Source: Armatimonadota bacterium
GTDB lineage: Bacteria > Armatimonadota > Fimbriimonadia > Fimbriimonadales > Fimbriimonadaceae
NCBI GenBank assembly: GCA_031400935.1
Contig: JANNQV010000039.1
Location: 1 to 64,000, forward strand
DNA length: 64,000 nucleotides
Direction of reading: 5' to 3'
The position numbers and the translations under genes were made by a program. A model generated the notes under the pieces. That model was not told where the DNA came from and did no database searches. It worked only from the letters and a program-made list of their open reading frames with translations. This document shows positions 29,995 through 39,828 of the stretch, one piece after another (position 1 is the stretch's first letter; every line of letters starts with the position of its first letter).

Positions 29995-30471
29995 ATGGCC
30001 GATCAACTACCCACTCCCGAGCCTCGAGAAAGAAACCTCGCAGCGGTTAGCCACGTTTCCAGCATTTTCTTTCCGATCATCGGCCCAGCAGTGGCAATTG
30101 CGATTAGCCACAAACGTTATCCATTTGTAAAATGCCATGCGATTAGTGCGCTTGTTGACGAAATCATCCTCAAAGCGATTCTCTTCGTCGGTGGAGCTGT
30201 GTCGCTCGCTGTAACGATCTATCGAATCGCGGACCACCTCCAAACCAAAGGAGCAACTCTCGCATGGGAAGATGTTTGGCCGATTCTTTTGCGAATGGGA
30301 ATTACTTGGCTCGTTTTGCTGATTCTCGGCCTATTCTTGACAATTCAGTCCATCATTCAAGCGGTTCGCGCATCAAAGGGCGTTTGGCCGACTCGGGGAT
30401 TTTCTGGAAAGCTCGCCATGAAAATGACGAATTCAGAAATTGCAAACCCGCCGCCAAACGAGCTTCCTTGA
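29995..30471 (+). CDS. DUF4870 family membrane protein
   Basis: ERNLAAVSHVS...IIGP...PFVKCHA...IIQAVRASKG pattern. Confidence 0.75.
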   Translation: MADQLPTPEPRERNLAAVSHVSSIFFPIIGPAVAIAISHKRYPFVKCHAISALVDEIILKAILFVGGAVSLAVTIYRIADHLQTKGATLAWEDVWPILLRMGITWLVLLILGLFLTIQSIIQAVRASKGVWPTRGFSGKLAMKMTNSEIANPPPNELP

Positions 30472-30472
30472 A

Positions 30473-30979
30473 TCAAAGTTCTAGGCGAAATATGAAACTT
30501 CGATATGTCTTCCCCGGCCATTGAATTTCCTCGACAATTTCATATCCCCAAGCCAAATACATCGAGGTCAATCTTTCGGCTGCCATGGCAGTATCAAGCG
30601 CAACGGAAGTGCATCCCCATTCGCTCGCCTGATTTAGAGCAGCTTCGTGCAGTGATCGCCCTGCGCCGATGCCGCGCCGTTCGTGATCCACACAAAATTG
30701 ATGAATGGAAGCCGTATTTGGAACCCGATACGTATCGCAATCCTCGTCAGGACTACTCGGCTTTACCAAAATAGTGCCAATCAAGACTTCATTGGCTTCT
30801 GCCACAAAACAGACTCCCTTCGAACACCTGTCGCGCGTCGTTTCGGCGTCTTGATATCCAGCGGTGTAGTTGAGCCCAGCTTGGCTAAGTTCTCGGTAGG
30901 CTCGATGAAGCAGCTTTGTCAGAGCTTCAAAATCATCCGAAACATTCAGTTTCCGAATGGAATATGCTGCATGCGGCAT
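30473..30979 (-). CDS. GNAT family N-acetyltransferase
   Basis: FCVDHERRGIGAG motif A; LDTA...MYLAWGY. Confidence 0.85.
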   Translation of the reverse strand: MPHAAYSIRKLNVSDDFEALTKLLHRAYRELSQAGLNYTAGYQDAETTRDRCSKGVCFVAEANEVLIGTILVKPSSPDEDCDTYRVPNTASIHQFCVDHERRGIGAGRSLHEAALNQASEWGCTSVALDTAMAAERLTSMYLAWGYEIVEEIQWPGKTYRSFIFRLEL

Positions 30980-30982
30980 ACG

Positions 30983-33955
30983 TCAAGCCTCTACTTGTTC
31001 TTTGACAAGTCCAGGTACCGCATCCAGAACTTGTTGGAGCTTGTCGGCATCCTTTCCGCCTGCCGTCGCGAAATCAGGTCTGCCACCCCCTCCTCCGCCG
31101 ACCATTTGCGCTAATGTTTTCACCAAGTTGCCCGCGTGAGCGCCCGACTTTATGGCCTCGGCACCGACTTTGCAGATAAAGGTCACTTTGCCCTCGCTAA
31201 TGGCTGCGATCAGAGTAATTCGCTTCGGCTGATTTTCCGCAAAGCGATCGGCTATCATGGTCGCGTCTTTCGAATCAACTTCATCGGCCCGCTGTACGAC
31301 AAGTTCAAAAGAGCCAATTTGCAAAGTTTCGGCAGACGACGGCTGTGAAGAAGAGTTCCGCAACTTCTCATTCTTCTTCTTTTCTTCTCTCAGAGCTTCA
31401 ACGGATTTGTCAACTGCCAAAAGCAAGTCATGCGGGTTCGATTTTAGCTTTTCGGCAGCTTGCTTGACAAGACTTTGCTGTTGCAATGCCCATTCGTAAG
31501 CATTCGTGCCCGTAACGGCTTCTATCCGGCGAACTCCGCTTGCCGCAGAAGCCTCGTGAAGAATCTTGAACATCCCAATTTCGCCAGTATTGCGGACATG
31601 AACCCCGCCGCAAAGCTCCGTGCTGATCTGCTCGTCCTGATTCGAACGGATATCCACAACCCGGACTTTGTCGCCGTATTTTTCGCCGAAAAGCGCCATC
31701 GCGCCCATCTGTTTGGCTTGAGCGATTGGGACATCTGCGTGGATATTCACATCGAAACTTGCCAGAGAACCTGCGTTGACCATCCTTTCAACTGTCTTGA
31801 CTTCTTCTGCGGTCATCGCCTTTCCGTGTGTGAAATCGAACCTGAGATGGCTTGGCTCGACGAGAGATCCAGCTTGTGTGACGTGGTTCCCCAATACTTT
31901 TCGAAGTGCGGCGTGGAGGAGGTGGGTCGCCGTATGGTTTCGTGTGATCGCGCGGCGGCGTTCTGGGTCCACTTCGGCGAAAACGGTGTCGCCGAATTTG
32001 GGAAGGGTATAGGGTTTAGGGTTTAGGGTTTGGGGCGTTGCAGATTGCGGATTGAGGATGATTGCCACACCCAAGTCATCCATTTCATCCAAATCACCCG
32101 CGTCAATCTTGCAGATGTGTACATAGACTCCATCTTGCTTCGTGAGATCAACGACCGACAGGATGAATCCTGCCCCACGCATGACCCCAATATCGGAAAC
32201 TTGTCCGCCGGATTCGGCATAGAACGGGGTTTGGTCGAGGGCAATGGCATATTCTCCGCTCTCCGAACTCCGCACTCCGCTCTCAAAAGGAACCTCCATT
32301 ACCCCCACAATTCTAGCTTCGCAAGATATTGTTTCGTATCCCAAAAATCGGGTCGGTGTCGGTCCTGTTTGTCCCGGCTCAATAGTGAAAGTAAACGAAA
32401 TCCCCACTCCACCATAAACAGAATCCATTGCCGATCCCGCGCGGGATCGTTCTTGAGCCTCTTTGAGGGCGGCTTCATAGCCTTCGATATCAACGGTGAC
32501 ACCTGCTTCTTCGCAGAGTTCTTGAGTGACTTCGAGAGGGAATCCGTAGGTGTCGTAGAGTCCAAATGCGAGTCCGCCCCTTAGAATCTTTTCACCTGGC
32601 CCAAAGTGCGAAAGCTCTTCCTCAAGTAGCTCCATTCCTCGAATAAGGGTTCTCCGAAACAGCGCCTCCTCGTTCTTCAGCGTTTCGACGACCACATCTC
32701 GCCGCTCGACAAGTTCCGTGTAATGATCGCCCATCGCCTCGACTACGCCATCGTAGACCTTGAAAAGGAACAAGTCCTCAAATCCGAGCGTCCTCGCACC
32801 CTTCAAAACTGCCCTTCGAATCAAGCGGCGAAGCACATAGCCCCTTCCCGAATTCCCTGGAAGAATTCCATCAGCGATGCAGAAGCAAGCTGTGCGAATA
32901 TGGTCGGCTATGATTCGTGTGGCGCGGGCTTCGGTTTCTGGAAATTCGGAATAGGACTGATAGGACATACTAGAACCATAGGACTCATATGCCTGACCCA
33001 AGGCAGTTGTCTTAACTGAAAAATCTGTCCTATCCGTCCTATATTTCCTATAAATCTCAACAATTCTTGAAACAATCGGAGTGAACAAATCCGTGTCGTA
33101 AACACTCTGAAACCCGCCCAAAACCGCCGAAGTCCTTTCTAGCCCCATGCCCGTGTCAACACTCTCGAACGGAAGTTTCGGCATCCCGGTTTTCTTGAAA
33201 CCCATTGCAGGACGGTCGGGGTTCTTGAGCTCGCCTTGCCATTCGTATTGTATGAAAACGTCGTTCCAAATCTCAAGCCAGTTTTTGGCGGCATCGTCGG
33301 CAATCCATTGGTCTCGCGTGTAGGGCGAGACTCCACCCCCTGCCCCCTCCTCATTCCTCGAAAAAGGAGGGGGTTCAACTTCATTTGAAGTCCAATAGAA
33401 CATCTCCGAATTCGGGCCGCAGGGCCCAGGGGGGCCGTTGGAAAATGCCCCTGCCGGCCAATAGTTCGTTTCTTCCCCGAGCCGAAAAACGCGTGTTTCG
33501 GGGTCAATCCCAGCTTCAGACAGGTGTTTCGCCCAATAGCCGTAAGTCTCGTCATCTTCCTCAAAGACCGTAAACGAGAGCCGTTTGGGATCAAGTCCAA
33601 GCCACTCGGCGGAAGTCAAAAATTCCCACGAATACGCAATAGCCTCTTCTTTAAAGTAATCGCCGAAGCTGAAATTGCCAAGCATTTCGAAAAATGTAAG
33701 GTGCGAAAGGTTGCCGACCTCATCAATGTCGCCGGTTCGAACGCACTTTTGAGCCGTCGTCAGCCGAGGGTTTGGCGGCGTGGCAACTCCCCGAAAATAA
33801 GGCTTGAACTGCACCATTCCCGCGCCGTTGAAAAGGAGCGATTCATCGAGCCGCCCAGTTACATCTGTTGGCACCAGCGAGCCAGAAGGGAACGCATCAT
33901 GCCCCTTCGAACGAAAGAAATCTAGATATTTTTGGCGTAGTTCTCGGGCAGTCAT
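30983..33955 (-). CDS. alaS: Alanine--tRNA ligase with four in-frame repeat-derived insertions
   Basis: NGAGMVQFK, FFEMLGNFSFGDYFK, DTGMGLER, NHTATHLLH, ELCGGVH and GGGGGRPD motifs. Confidence 0.97.
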   Translation of the reverse strand: MTARELRQKYLDFFRSKGHDAFPSGSLVPTDVTGRLDESLLFNGAGMVQFKPYFRGVATPPNPRLTTAQKCVRTGDIDEVGNLSHLTFFEMLGNFSFGDYFKEEAIAYSWEFLTSAEWLGLDPKRLSFTVFEEDDETYGYWAKHLSEAGIDPETRVFRLGEETNYWPAGAFSNGPPGPCGPNSEMFYWTSNEVEPPPFSRNEEGAGGGVSPYTRDQWIADDAAKNWLEIWNDVFIQYEWQGELKNPDRPAMGFKKTGMPKLPFESVDTGMGLERTSAVLGGFQSVYDTDLFTPIVSRIVEIYRKYRTDRTDFSVKTTALGQAYESYGSSMSYQSYSEFPETEARATRIIADHIRTACFCIADGILPGNSGRGYVLRRLIRRAVLKGARTLGFEDLFLFKVYDGVVEAMGDHYTELVERRDVVVETLKNEEALFRRTLIRGMELLEEELSHFGPGEKILRGGLAFGLYDTYGFPLEVTQELCEEAGVTVDIEGYEAALKEAQERSRAGSAMDSVYGGVGISFTFTIEPGQTGPTPTRFLGYETISCEARIVGVMEVPFESGVRSSESGEYAIALDQTPFYAESGGQVSDIGVMRGAGFILSVVDLTKQDGVYVHICKIDAGDLDEMDDLGVAIILNPQSATPQTLNPKPYTLPKFGDTVFAEVDPERRRAITRNHTATHLLHAALRKVLGNHVTQAGSLVEPSHLRFDFTHGKAMTAEEVKTVERMVNAGSLASFDVNIHADVPIAQAKQMGAMALFGEKYGDKVRVVDIRSNQDEQISTELCGGVHVRNTGEIGMFKILHEASAASGVRRIEAVTGTNAYEWALQQQSLVKQAAEKLKSNPHDLLLAVDKSVEALREEKKKNEKLRNSSSQPSSAETLQIGSFELVVQRADEVDSKDATMIADRFAENQPKRITLIAAISEGKVTFICKVGAEAIKSGAHAGNLVKTLAQMVGGGGGGRPDFATAGGKDADKLQQVLDAVPGLVKEQVEA

Positions 33956-33983
33956 TCGATGCTACAGGGTACCCGTACACTAC

Positions 33984-34027
33984 CGGACAACGGATAACTG
34001 ACAACTTACAACTGACGACGGACAAAC
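33984..34027. repeat. Heptamer tandem repeat (GACAACN)n
   Basis: cggacaacggataactgacaacttacaactgacgacggacaaac; reverse complement resembles the 6611 repeat. Confidence 0.65.
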
Positions 34028-34048
34028 AAAACAACTATCCGTTTCCGA

Positions 34049-34864
34049 TCAGTCCGGATAATTCCGCGATGCCTCCAGTCCCTTACTCACTGCCTCGCCG
34101 CCAAAAACGTCATAAATGGCTCGTCCCACGCTCTGATAGAAGTTGCCTTCCTGCTTCCTGAAAACAGAAAACTCCAAATCGGGAGCACCGAAAAACGGGC
34201 GCATGGTCCACGAAAGCTGACAGCCCACAAATGCCACCAAGAGAACCCAGGTGCGCAGAAGCCCTTTTCGATTTGGAGCCAGGGCGTCCGTTTCGGGTAC
34301 TTGCTTATCAAGTCCATTGCAGCCCTTCACAAACAAACGAAATCCGATGATCGAAGCGATTCCTAGAATCGCTACATTCAGCAAACGATAAAAGCTGTAT
34401 CCGCTTCCTGTCACAAGAAAGAACAGTGAAATCGGTGCAAATGCAACAAGTATCGTCGCAGTAGCCGCAAGTGCAATCAGCGTAATCAAAGTTAGCTCCG
34501 AAGCCTTTTGCTGGCCGCCAAAAAGCAAGTTGAGAACGTGCAGGACCGGGAAGCTGATCGCCATTGTCAAAAGAAAGAGAGCCGGGAGTTTTGCCGCAGA
34601 TGCTACGGCTTGTATCGGGCCATTGCTGATTCCGAGCACGGCGCCATAGATTGTAAACCCTGCCATTGCAATGGCAAAAAGGAGCAGGCTGGCTCTGCGC
34701 GAGTCAGTTCTGAGCGTGGCTTCGGCCCAAAGGTCGGCAGGGCGGCGAAGCAGGATCGAGGGTACTTCCATAAGTGTCATTGTAAATGTGCCTCCATCTG
34801 CGTAAACCTGCGAAGGCATTTCTAAAGTTCCCGTACCGCCATTCCTAGGTACCATTTGACCCAT
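34049..34864 (-). CDS. Conserved multi-pass membrane protein of unknown function
   Basis: SAAKLPALFLLT, FAPISLFF and FVGCQLSWTMRPFFG motifs; several TM segments. Confidence 0.7.
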   Translation of the reverse strand: MGQMVPRNGGTGTLEMPSQVYADGGTFTMTLMEVPSILLRRPADLWAEATLRTDSRRASLLLFAIAMAGFTIYGAVLGISNGPIQAVASAAKLPALFLLTMAISFPVLHVLNLLFGGQQKASELTLITLIALAATATILVAFAPISLFFLVTGSGYSFYRLLNVAILGIASIIGFRLFVKGCNGLDKQVPETDALAPNRKGLLRTWVLLVAFVGCQLSWTMRPFFGAPDLEFSVFRKQEGNFYQSVGRAIYDVFGGEAVSKGLEASRNYPD

Positions 34865-35198
34865 GAACTACTACGAAATCTGGTTTGACCTTGCGCCTGG
34901 CGAACGGGACTTAACGGTTATTGAAGCGGTTCAAAACTGGCTCAATTTCTTAAAGGAAGAAGAAACGCTAGTGTCGTATCACATCAAGCGAAGGAAATTC
35001 GGTTTTTCACCGGAATGGGGGCGCGAATTCCATGTTTCCATTGCGTTCAACGATTTAGCACAGCTTGATGCGGCTTTCAATATCGCTGCAACCAGAAAAG
35101 AACCAATCGAGGCACTTCATAAGGAAGTTTATTCGAGAATCACGCGATATGCGGCGGCACTTTATCGCGACTTTCCAGACGAAATCAGAAAATATTGA
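34863..35198 (+). CDS. DUF6614-like small protein
   Basis: YEIWFDL...RRKFGF...EFHV...LDAAF...ALYRDFPD pattern. Confidence 0.65.
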   Translation: MNYYEIWFDLAPGERDLTVIEAVQNWLNFLKEEETLVSYHIKRRKFGFSPEWGREFHVSIAFNDLAQLDAAFNIAATRKEPIEALHKEVYSRITRYAAALYRDFPDEIRKY

Positions 35199-35470
35199 AT
35201 GGCAATCATTAGGACTCCTAGGCCGCCAAGTAGCCACGAAGCCATAAACAGGACCTCAAAAAGAGGTGCTTTCGTAAAGGCTGTATCTACTGCCCTCGAA
35301 AAGATGTTTTTCGCGTCGCCATCGAAGGGAAGCGAGATTTTCGTTGCCCAAATTCGCAAAAGAATGCCAGCGAACAAAACTGCGATTCCCGGAATGAACT
35401 TTCCCACAAGGTGAAAACGCGTCAAGGTGTCGCTAAGTTTCAAAGTCGTTAACTCGGGAAGGTCGCCCAT
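35162..35470 (-). CDS. Small two-TM hypothetical protein
   Basis: Co-oriented just downstream of the ABC fusion gene; two hydrophobic helices. Confidence 0.45.
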   Translation of the reverse strand: MGDLPELTTLKLSDTLTRFHLVGKFIPGIAVLFAGILLRIWATKISLPFDGDAKNIFSRAVDTAFTKAPLFEVLFMASWLLGGLGVLMIAIQYFLISSGKSR

Positions 35471-35476
35471 TCGACG

Positions 35477-37903
35477 CTACAACTTAGCAGTACTAAACCG
35501 CATTGCCAGCAAATTCTTGATTTGGATCATCGTAAACCCGACCAAAATTGAACCCATCACCCATGCCGCCGCCGTTGCGTATCCAAATTTGAGGAACATG
35601 AAGGCGTTTGTCCAGACTTCCAAACCAATGGTGTGCGTAGCGTTCATCGGCCCACCGCCAGTCAAAACGAACACGTTTTCCATCGCCTTAAAGCTTCCGA
35701 TGAATACGCCAAGCAAATTGATGAGAATCAGCGGCTTTAACCCCGGAATCATGATGAATCGAATCTTTTGCCGCCAATTCGCCCCGTCCAAATCTGCTGC
35801 TTCGTAGCGCTCATCAGGGATGTTTTTCAGAGCCGCCAAATAGAGAATGGAGCCCGGTCCTGCACCCGCCCAAATGCCCGGAATCACGACTGCCAAAAGT
35901 GCCTTTGAAGGATCACCGAGCCAATCGTAGCTTGTCGGCCAAGGCGTCAAATGGAGCGGATTCACAATTGCCCAATTGATGAAATCAACAAATGGCTTAG
36001 CAATTACGTTGAACAAACCCGTGTCTGCCTTGTCGTAAAACTGCCGCCACATTACGGCGACAATGATGCCGCTTGTCATGGCTGGAAGATAGTAAATCGT
36101 GCGGAAAAACACTTTTGCGCGTGGAATTTCGTTGAGAGCAATCGCAAGGAGAATCGGTAGTCCAAATCCAATGAAGATGGTTAGCCCGACGTATAAAAAA
36201 CTGTTGTAAAGCGATTTCCAAAAAATCGGCTGAGTAAATACGTTGATGAAGTTATCAAACCCGACCCAGGTCTCGCCTTTCATCAAACGGTAGTCTTGAA
36301 AGGCGATGACCAAGCCTTTACCTAAGGGATAGTAAGACCAAATCAGAATGCTAGCCATCGCCGGGAAAAGGCAGAAAACCAGAAAGCTCCACATGCGCTT
36401 TCGGTCTGTCCCGGCAGGGAGATATTCGGGTTCCTTTCCAAAAGACTTATAGGACACGTAGGACTGGTAGGACTTGTAGGACAGTAGGGCAACAACTCCC
36501 AAAACAATCAGCCAAAAGACCACACGCGCCGTCGCCCTAAGCCGCTGCATTTCCTTTATCGGGCGGTATCCAAGCAGCTTTTCGTCCATGGTCTTGGCGG
36601 TCGCTCTTAGAATCTCAAGTGCAGGCGTGTTCGGCTCCAACCGCGCCCGATCCAACGCTTCATCAAGCACCATATAAACCTGCTGGCAATTGCGCCCGTA
36701 AGGCTCCGGATGCCCGGTCTTGAAAAGCTCTTTGTTCGCCGCAACGTAGTTCGGGTCCACCTGTCCGATCAGATCGTGGTAGCCAAACATTTCTAGCCAC
36801 TGCGGGTTGACCAAATTCCCCATTCCAAGCTCGACAAACCGCTCTGTGTTCACCCTCGCCGCTTCGTTTCCCGAAAAGAACTTAATGAATTTCCAGCAAG
36901 CTTCTAACTTCTTGGGGTCCTTGACATTGGCATTGATCGCCCACATACCAGCGTTGATCTCGTTCGCTCTTCCGGCTGGCCCAGCGGGCATTGCCGCTAC
37001 ACCTAAAAGAGCCGGATTCAGGTCCGACATATTCAGCACCACATCGTTGGTATAGCTGAACCACATTCCCACCTTGCCTTCTGCAATTTCTTGGGCGAAA
37101 GTTGGGCTGATCCCGGCCATTGGGCCGAACTCTTTGCCTCCCGGCCCTTTCCACTTGGCCGCGGTCATTTTTCGAAAGAGTTCAAGGGCCTTTGCGCATT
37201 CGGGAGTGTCAATCGCGGCTTTCCAGACTCCAGTTTCTGTGGGCCGAACCACTTCGCCGCCCGCTTGCCAGACAAAATTGCTCCAATGGTAGCCTTTGCC
37301 TCCGATCCCAGCCGAAAAAAGGAACCCGCTTCTTCCTTTGCCTGATTCCACAATTTTTTGGCCGTATCTGTAAAACTCGTCCCAGTTTTGGGGCGGCTTG
37401 TTTGGTTCGAGTCCTGCTTCTAAAAATATGTCTTTTCGGTAGTAAAGCGCTTGAGCGACCTGAAACCAAGGAACAGCATAGACCTTGCCGTCGTAGCTTT
37501 TGACGACCTCCAAAATGGTAGGGTTCACGCGCTCCAGGGCGGTTGGATCGTTAAGGATGAAATCATCGAGCGGGCGGCAAAACCCTTGGTCAATATAGTT
37601 GTAATATTGTCGAAAATTGACGTAGAAAACGTCGGGAGCGGTATCCCCCGCCATGGACATTAGGAATCCCGAGTCTGCCCGGTCTCCGGTTAGCTCCAAC
37701 CCTCCAGCGTTGACTACACGAATTCCAGGGTTTTGGCGATGAAACGTCTCAAAAATGGCGCGGCGAGCTTGAGATCGGGGGTCGGTGGCTTCTTTAGGGG
37801 GAAGTCCAAACGCCGGCCCTGCCATCATTCGAAGTGTGATCGGCTCCTGGGCAAAGCAATGCGAAGCGAGCAGAATTCCAACCAGGCAAACCGCGCTTCG
37901 CAT
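35477..37903 (-). CDS. Fused sugar ABC transporter solute-binding protein and permease
   Basis: Signal peptide; SBP_bac_1-like N-half (PDV...YDGKVYAVP...LYYRKD...PQNWDE); C-terminal YEAADLDGA EAA loop; ATG at 37903. Confidence 0.85.
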   Translation of the reverse strand: MRSAVCLVGILLASHCFAQEPITLRMMAGPAFGLPPKEATDPRSQARRAIFETFHRQNPGIRVVNAGGLELTGDRADSGFLMSMAGDTAPDVFYVNFRQYYNYIDQGFCRPLDDFILNDPTALERVNPTILEVVKSYDGKVYAVPWFQVAQALYYRKDIFLEAGLEPNKPPQNWDEFYRYGQKIVESGKGRSGFLFSAGIGGKGYHWSNFVWQAGGEVVRPTETGVWKAAIDTPECAKALELFRKMTAAKWKGPGGKEFGPMAGISPTFAQEIAEGKVGMWFSYTNDVVLNMSDLNPALLGVAAMPAGPAGRANEINAGMWAINANVKDPKKLEACWKFIKFFSGNEAARVNTERFVELGMGNLVNPQWLEMFGYHDLIGQVDPNYVAANKELFKTGHPEPYGRNCQQVYMVLDEALDRARLEPNTPALEILRATAKTMDEKLLGYRPIKEMQRLRATARVVFWLIVLGVVALLSYKSYQSYVSYKSFGKEPEYLPAGTDRKRMWSFLVFCLFPAMASILIWSYYPLGKGLVIAFQDYRLMKGETWVGFDNFINVFTQPIFWKSLYNSFLYVGLTIFIGFGLPILLAIALNEIPRAKVFFRTIYYLPAMTSGIIVAVMWRQFYDKADTGLFNVIAKPFVDFINWAIVNPLHLTPWPTSYDWLGDPSKALLAVVIPGIWAGAGPGSILYLAALKNIPDERYEAADLDGANWRQKIRFIMIPGLKPLILINLLGVFIGSFKAMENVFVLTGGGPMNATHTIGLEVWTNAFMFLKFGYATAAAWVMGSILVGFTMIQIKNLLAMRFSTAKL

Positions 37904-37997
37904 GTGAGTGACGATACCTGAACTCAAAAAACCTAAAGTTTATTGTCAACTTTCTGCCCTAACCCCCGCAAACCTACCTGCCAATACTGATGGTGGG

Positions 37998-38720
37998 ATG
38001 AACCGAGGAATTTATTCAGCAGCAGCTTCTATGCTTGGATCGCAGCACCAGCTCGACATGCTCGCCAACAACTTGGCGAACGTTTCTACTACTGGCTACA
38101 AACGCGACGAACTTGCATTTGGCGAAACACTTGTGCGAGAAATGCGTGCCGCAGGGGGAGAAGGACGATCTCTAGGAACGATGAGCCTGGGTACAGCTTC
38201 AGAAACTGGGTACACCTCGTTTGATCCGGGATCGCCGATGGCAACTGGCAGCCCTTACGATTTCGCCATTCAAGATTCAAAGGGGCTCTTCGCGGTTCAA
38301 ACTCCGAACGGGGTTCGCTACACGCGCAACGGGTCATTTGAACTCTCTGCCGATGGTGTTTTGCTTACGCACGATAAATTCCCCGTGCTCGATGAAAATC
38401 AAAACCCGATCCAAATTCCGATTGGAGAAATGATCGTCCAGCCCGATGGAAACATTGTAGTGGATGGCAAGCCTGTCGGAAAACTCGCCGTTTTTGAAGG
38501 GCAGTTCACAAAAGCTGGAGAAAATATGTATTCAGCTACAAATGTGGCCTCCTTTGAGCCGGATTCCATCTTGTGGAAGTCGGTCGAATCATCTAACGTC
38601 AACTCGGTGGAAGCCATGGTCGAAATGGTCCAGCTTCAACGCCGATTTGACCTCGCGCAACGCTCGATCACGCAACAAGACGAGCTAACGCAACGACTTA
38701 TTCAGAGTGTAAATCAGTAG
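37998..38720 (+). CDS. flgF: Flagellar basal-body rod protein FlgF
   Basis: MNRGIYSAAASM, ANNLANVSTTGYK, YTRNG and ESSNVN motifs. Confidence 0.88.
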   Translation: MNRGIYSAAASMLGSQHQLDMLANNLANVSTTGYKRDELAFGETLVREMRAAGGEGRSLGTMSLGTASETGYTSFDPGSPMATGSPYDFAIQDSKGLFAVQTPNGVRYTRNGSFELSADGVLLTHDKFPVLDENQNPIQIPIGEMIVQPDGNIVVDGKPVGKLAVFEGQFTKAGENMYSATNVASFEPDSILWKSVESSNVNSVEAMVEMVQLQRRFDLAQRSITQQDELTQRLIQSVNQ

Positions 38721-38725
38721 GGAAC

Positions 38726-38881
38726 TTTTGGATTTTAGATTGTGGTTTGTGGATTAAAAAAAGCGGTAGGTGGAGAACGGATCGGCAACTTGCCATTCCC
38801 TAACCCCTTCCTCCCAAGGAAAAAAGGGGAACTTGTCTTCCGAAAACTGCAATCCACAATCGCCAATCCAAAATCCACAAT
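38726..38881. repeat. Inverted heptamer arrays (TTGTGGA/TCCACAA) enclosing a CCCCTT..AAGGGG palindrome
   Basis: ttttggattttagattgtggtttgtggatt ... aatccacaatcgccaatccaaaatccacaat. Confidence 0.7.
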
Positions 38882-39036
38882 TGAAAGGACGCCGGACCGA
38901 TCCCGACACGTCGGGTAGGAAGCGTTCGCACCGATCAGGACGAGAAGTGCATAAGAAACATAGGGAAAAGCACGGTCAAGCCCTAGCATTCCCAAAACCA
39001 AGGAAGGCGAAGAAATGAACAGGAGAAACTTACGCC

Positions 39037-39825
39037 ATGATGCGAGCGCTAACAACCAGTGGAGCGGGCATGATTGCCCAGCAATACAATCTAGATACGA
39101 TTGCCAATAACCTGGCAAACGTAAACACAACTGCCTTTAGAGGGCAGCGAGCCGAATTCCAAGATCTGATGTATCAGACTCTTAGGGCATCTGGAACGCT
39201 TACCCAGGGTTCGGCACAACAGCCAAGTTCGGTCCAAGTTGGACTCGGAACCCGCTTTGCCGGTCATGCGATCAGCTTGAACCAAGGGGCAATGCAAGCG
39301 ACCAACAGTCCGCTTGATTTGTCAATTGCTGGCTCCGGATTTTTCCAAGTTGAGCTTCCCGACGGCAGAGCAGCTTACACACGCGATGGTTCGTTTAAGG
39401 TTGATGCAAACGGCCTAGTGGTGACCGGGGATGGATACCCACTGGTACCAAACGTGACGATCCCGCCAGGTTCAAGAGCCATATCAATTTCACAGACTGG
39501 CATCATCAGCGCGATCCCTCCCGGAGCGAATGAACCAACCGAGATCATAACTCTAACTATCGCATTGTTTCCAAACGAAACGGGCATGAGCCGAATTGGC
39601 CAGAACCTCTACGAAGCTGGCGGCGCAAGCGGGGAACCAGCTGTAACTGAACCTGGAAGCCAAGGCGCCGGCCTTGTACAAAGCGGTTTCTTAGAGGGCT
39701 CAAACGTTCAAATCGTTGAAGAAATGGTTCGCATGATCATGGCTCAACGCGCTTATGAAATCAACTCGAAAGGTGTAATGACAGCCGACGAAATGCTATC
39801 TACGCTGAACACTCTCAAGAGGTAA
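39037..39825 (+). CDS. flgG: Flagellar basal-body rod protein FlgG
   Basis: ANNLANVNT, FQDLMYQ, YTRDGSF and QRAYEINSK motifs. Confidence 0.95.
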   Translation: MMRALTTSGAGMIAQQYNLDTIANNLANVNTTAFRGQRAEFQDLMYQTLRASGTLTQGSAQQPSSVQVGLGTRFAGHAISLNQGAMQATNSPLDLSIAGSGFFQVELPDGRAAYTRDGSFKVDANGLVVTGDGYPLVPNVTIPPGSRAISISQTGIISAIPPGANEPTEIITLTIALFPNETGMSRIGQNLYEAGGASGEPAVTEPGSQGAGLVQSGFLEGSNVQIVEEMVRMIMAQRAYEINSKGVMTADEMLSTLNTLKR

Positions 39826-39828
39826 ATC

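Noticed and set aside
38735..39130. ORFs spanning the repeat-rich flgF-flgG and flgJ-flgN gaps (possible flgM or c-di-GMP riboswitch)
   Set aside because: The translations are repeat-derived, and I saw no FlgM motif or GEMM consensus
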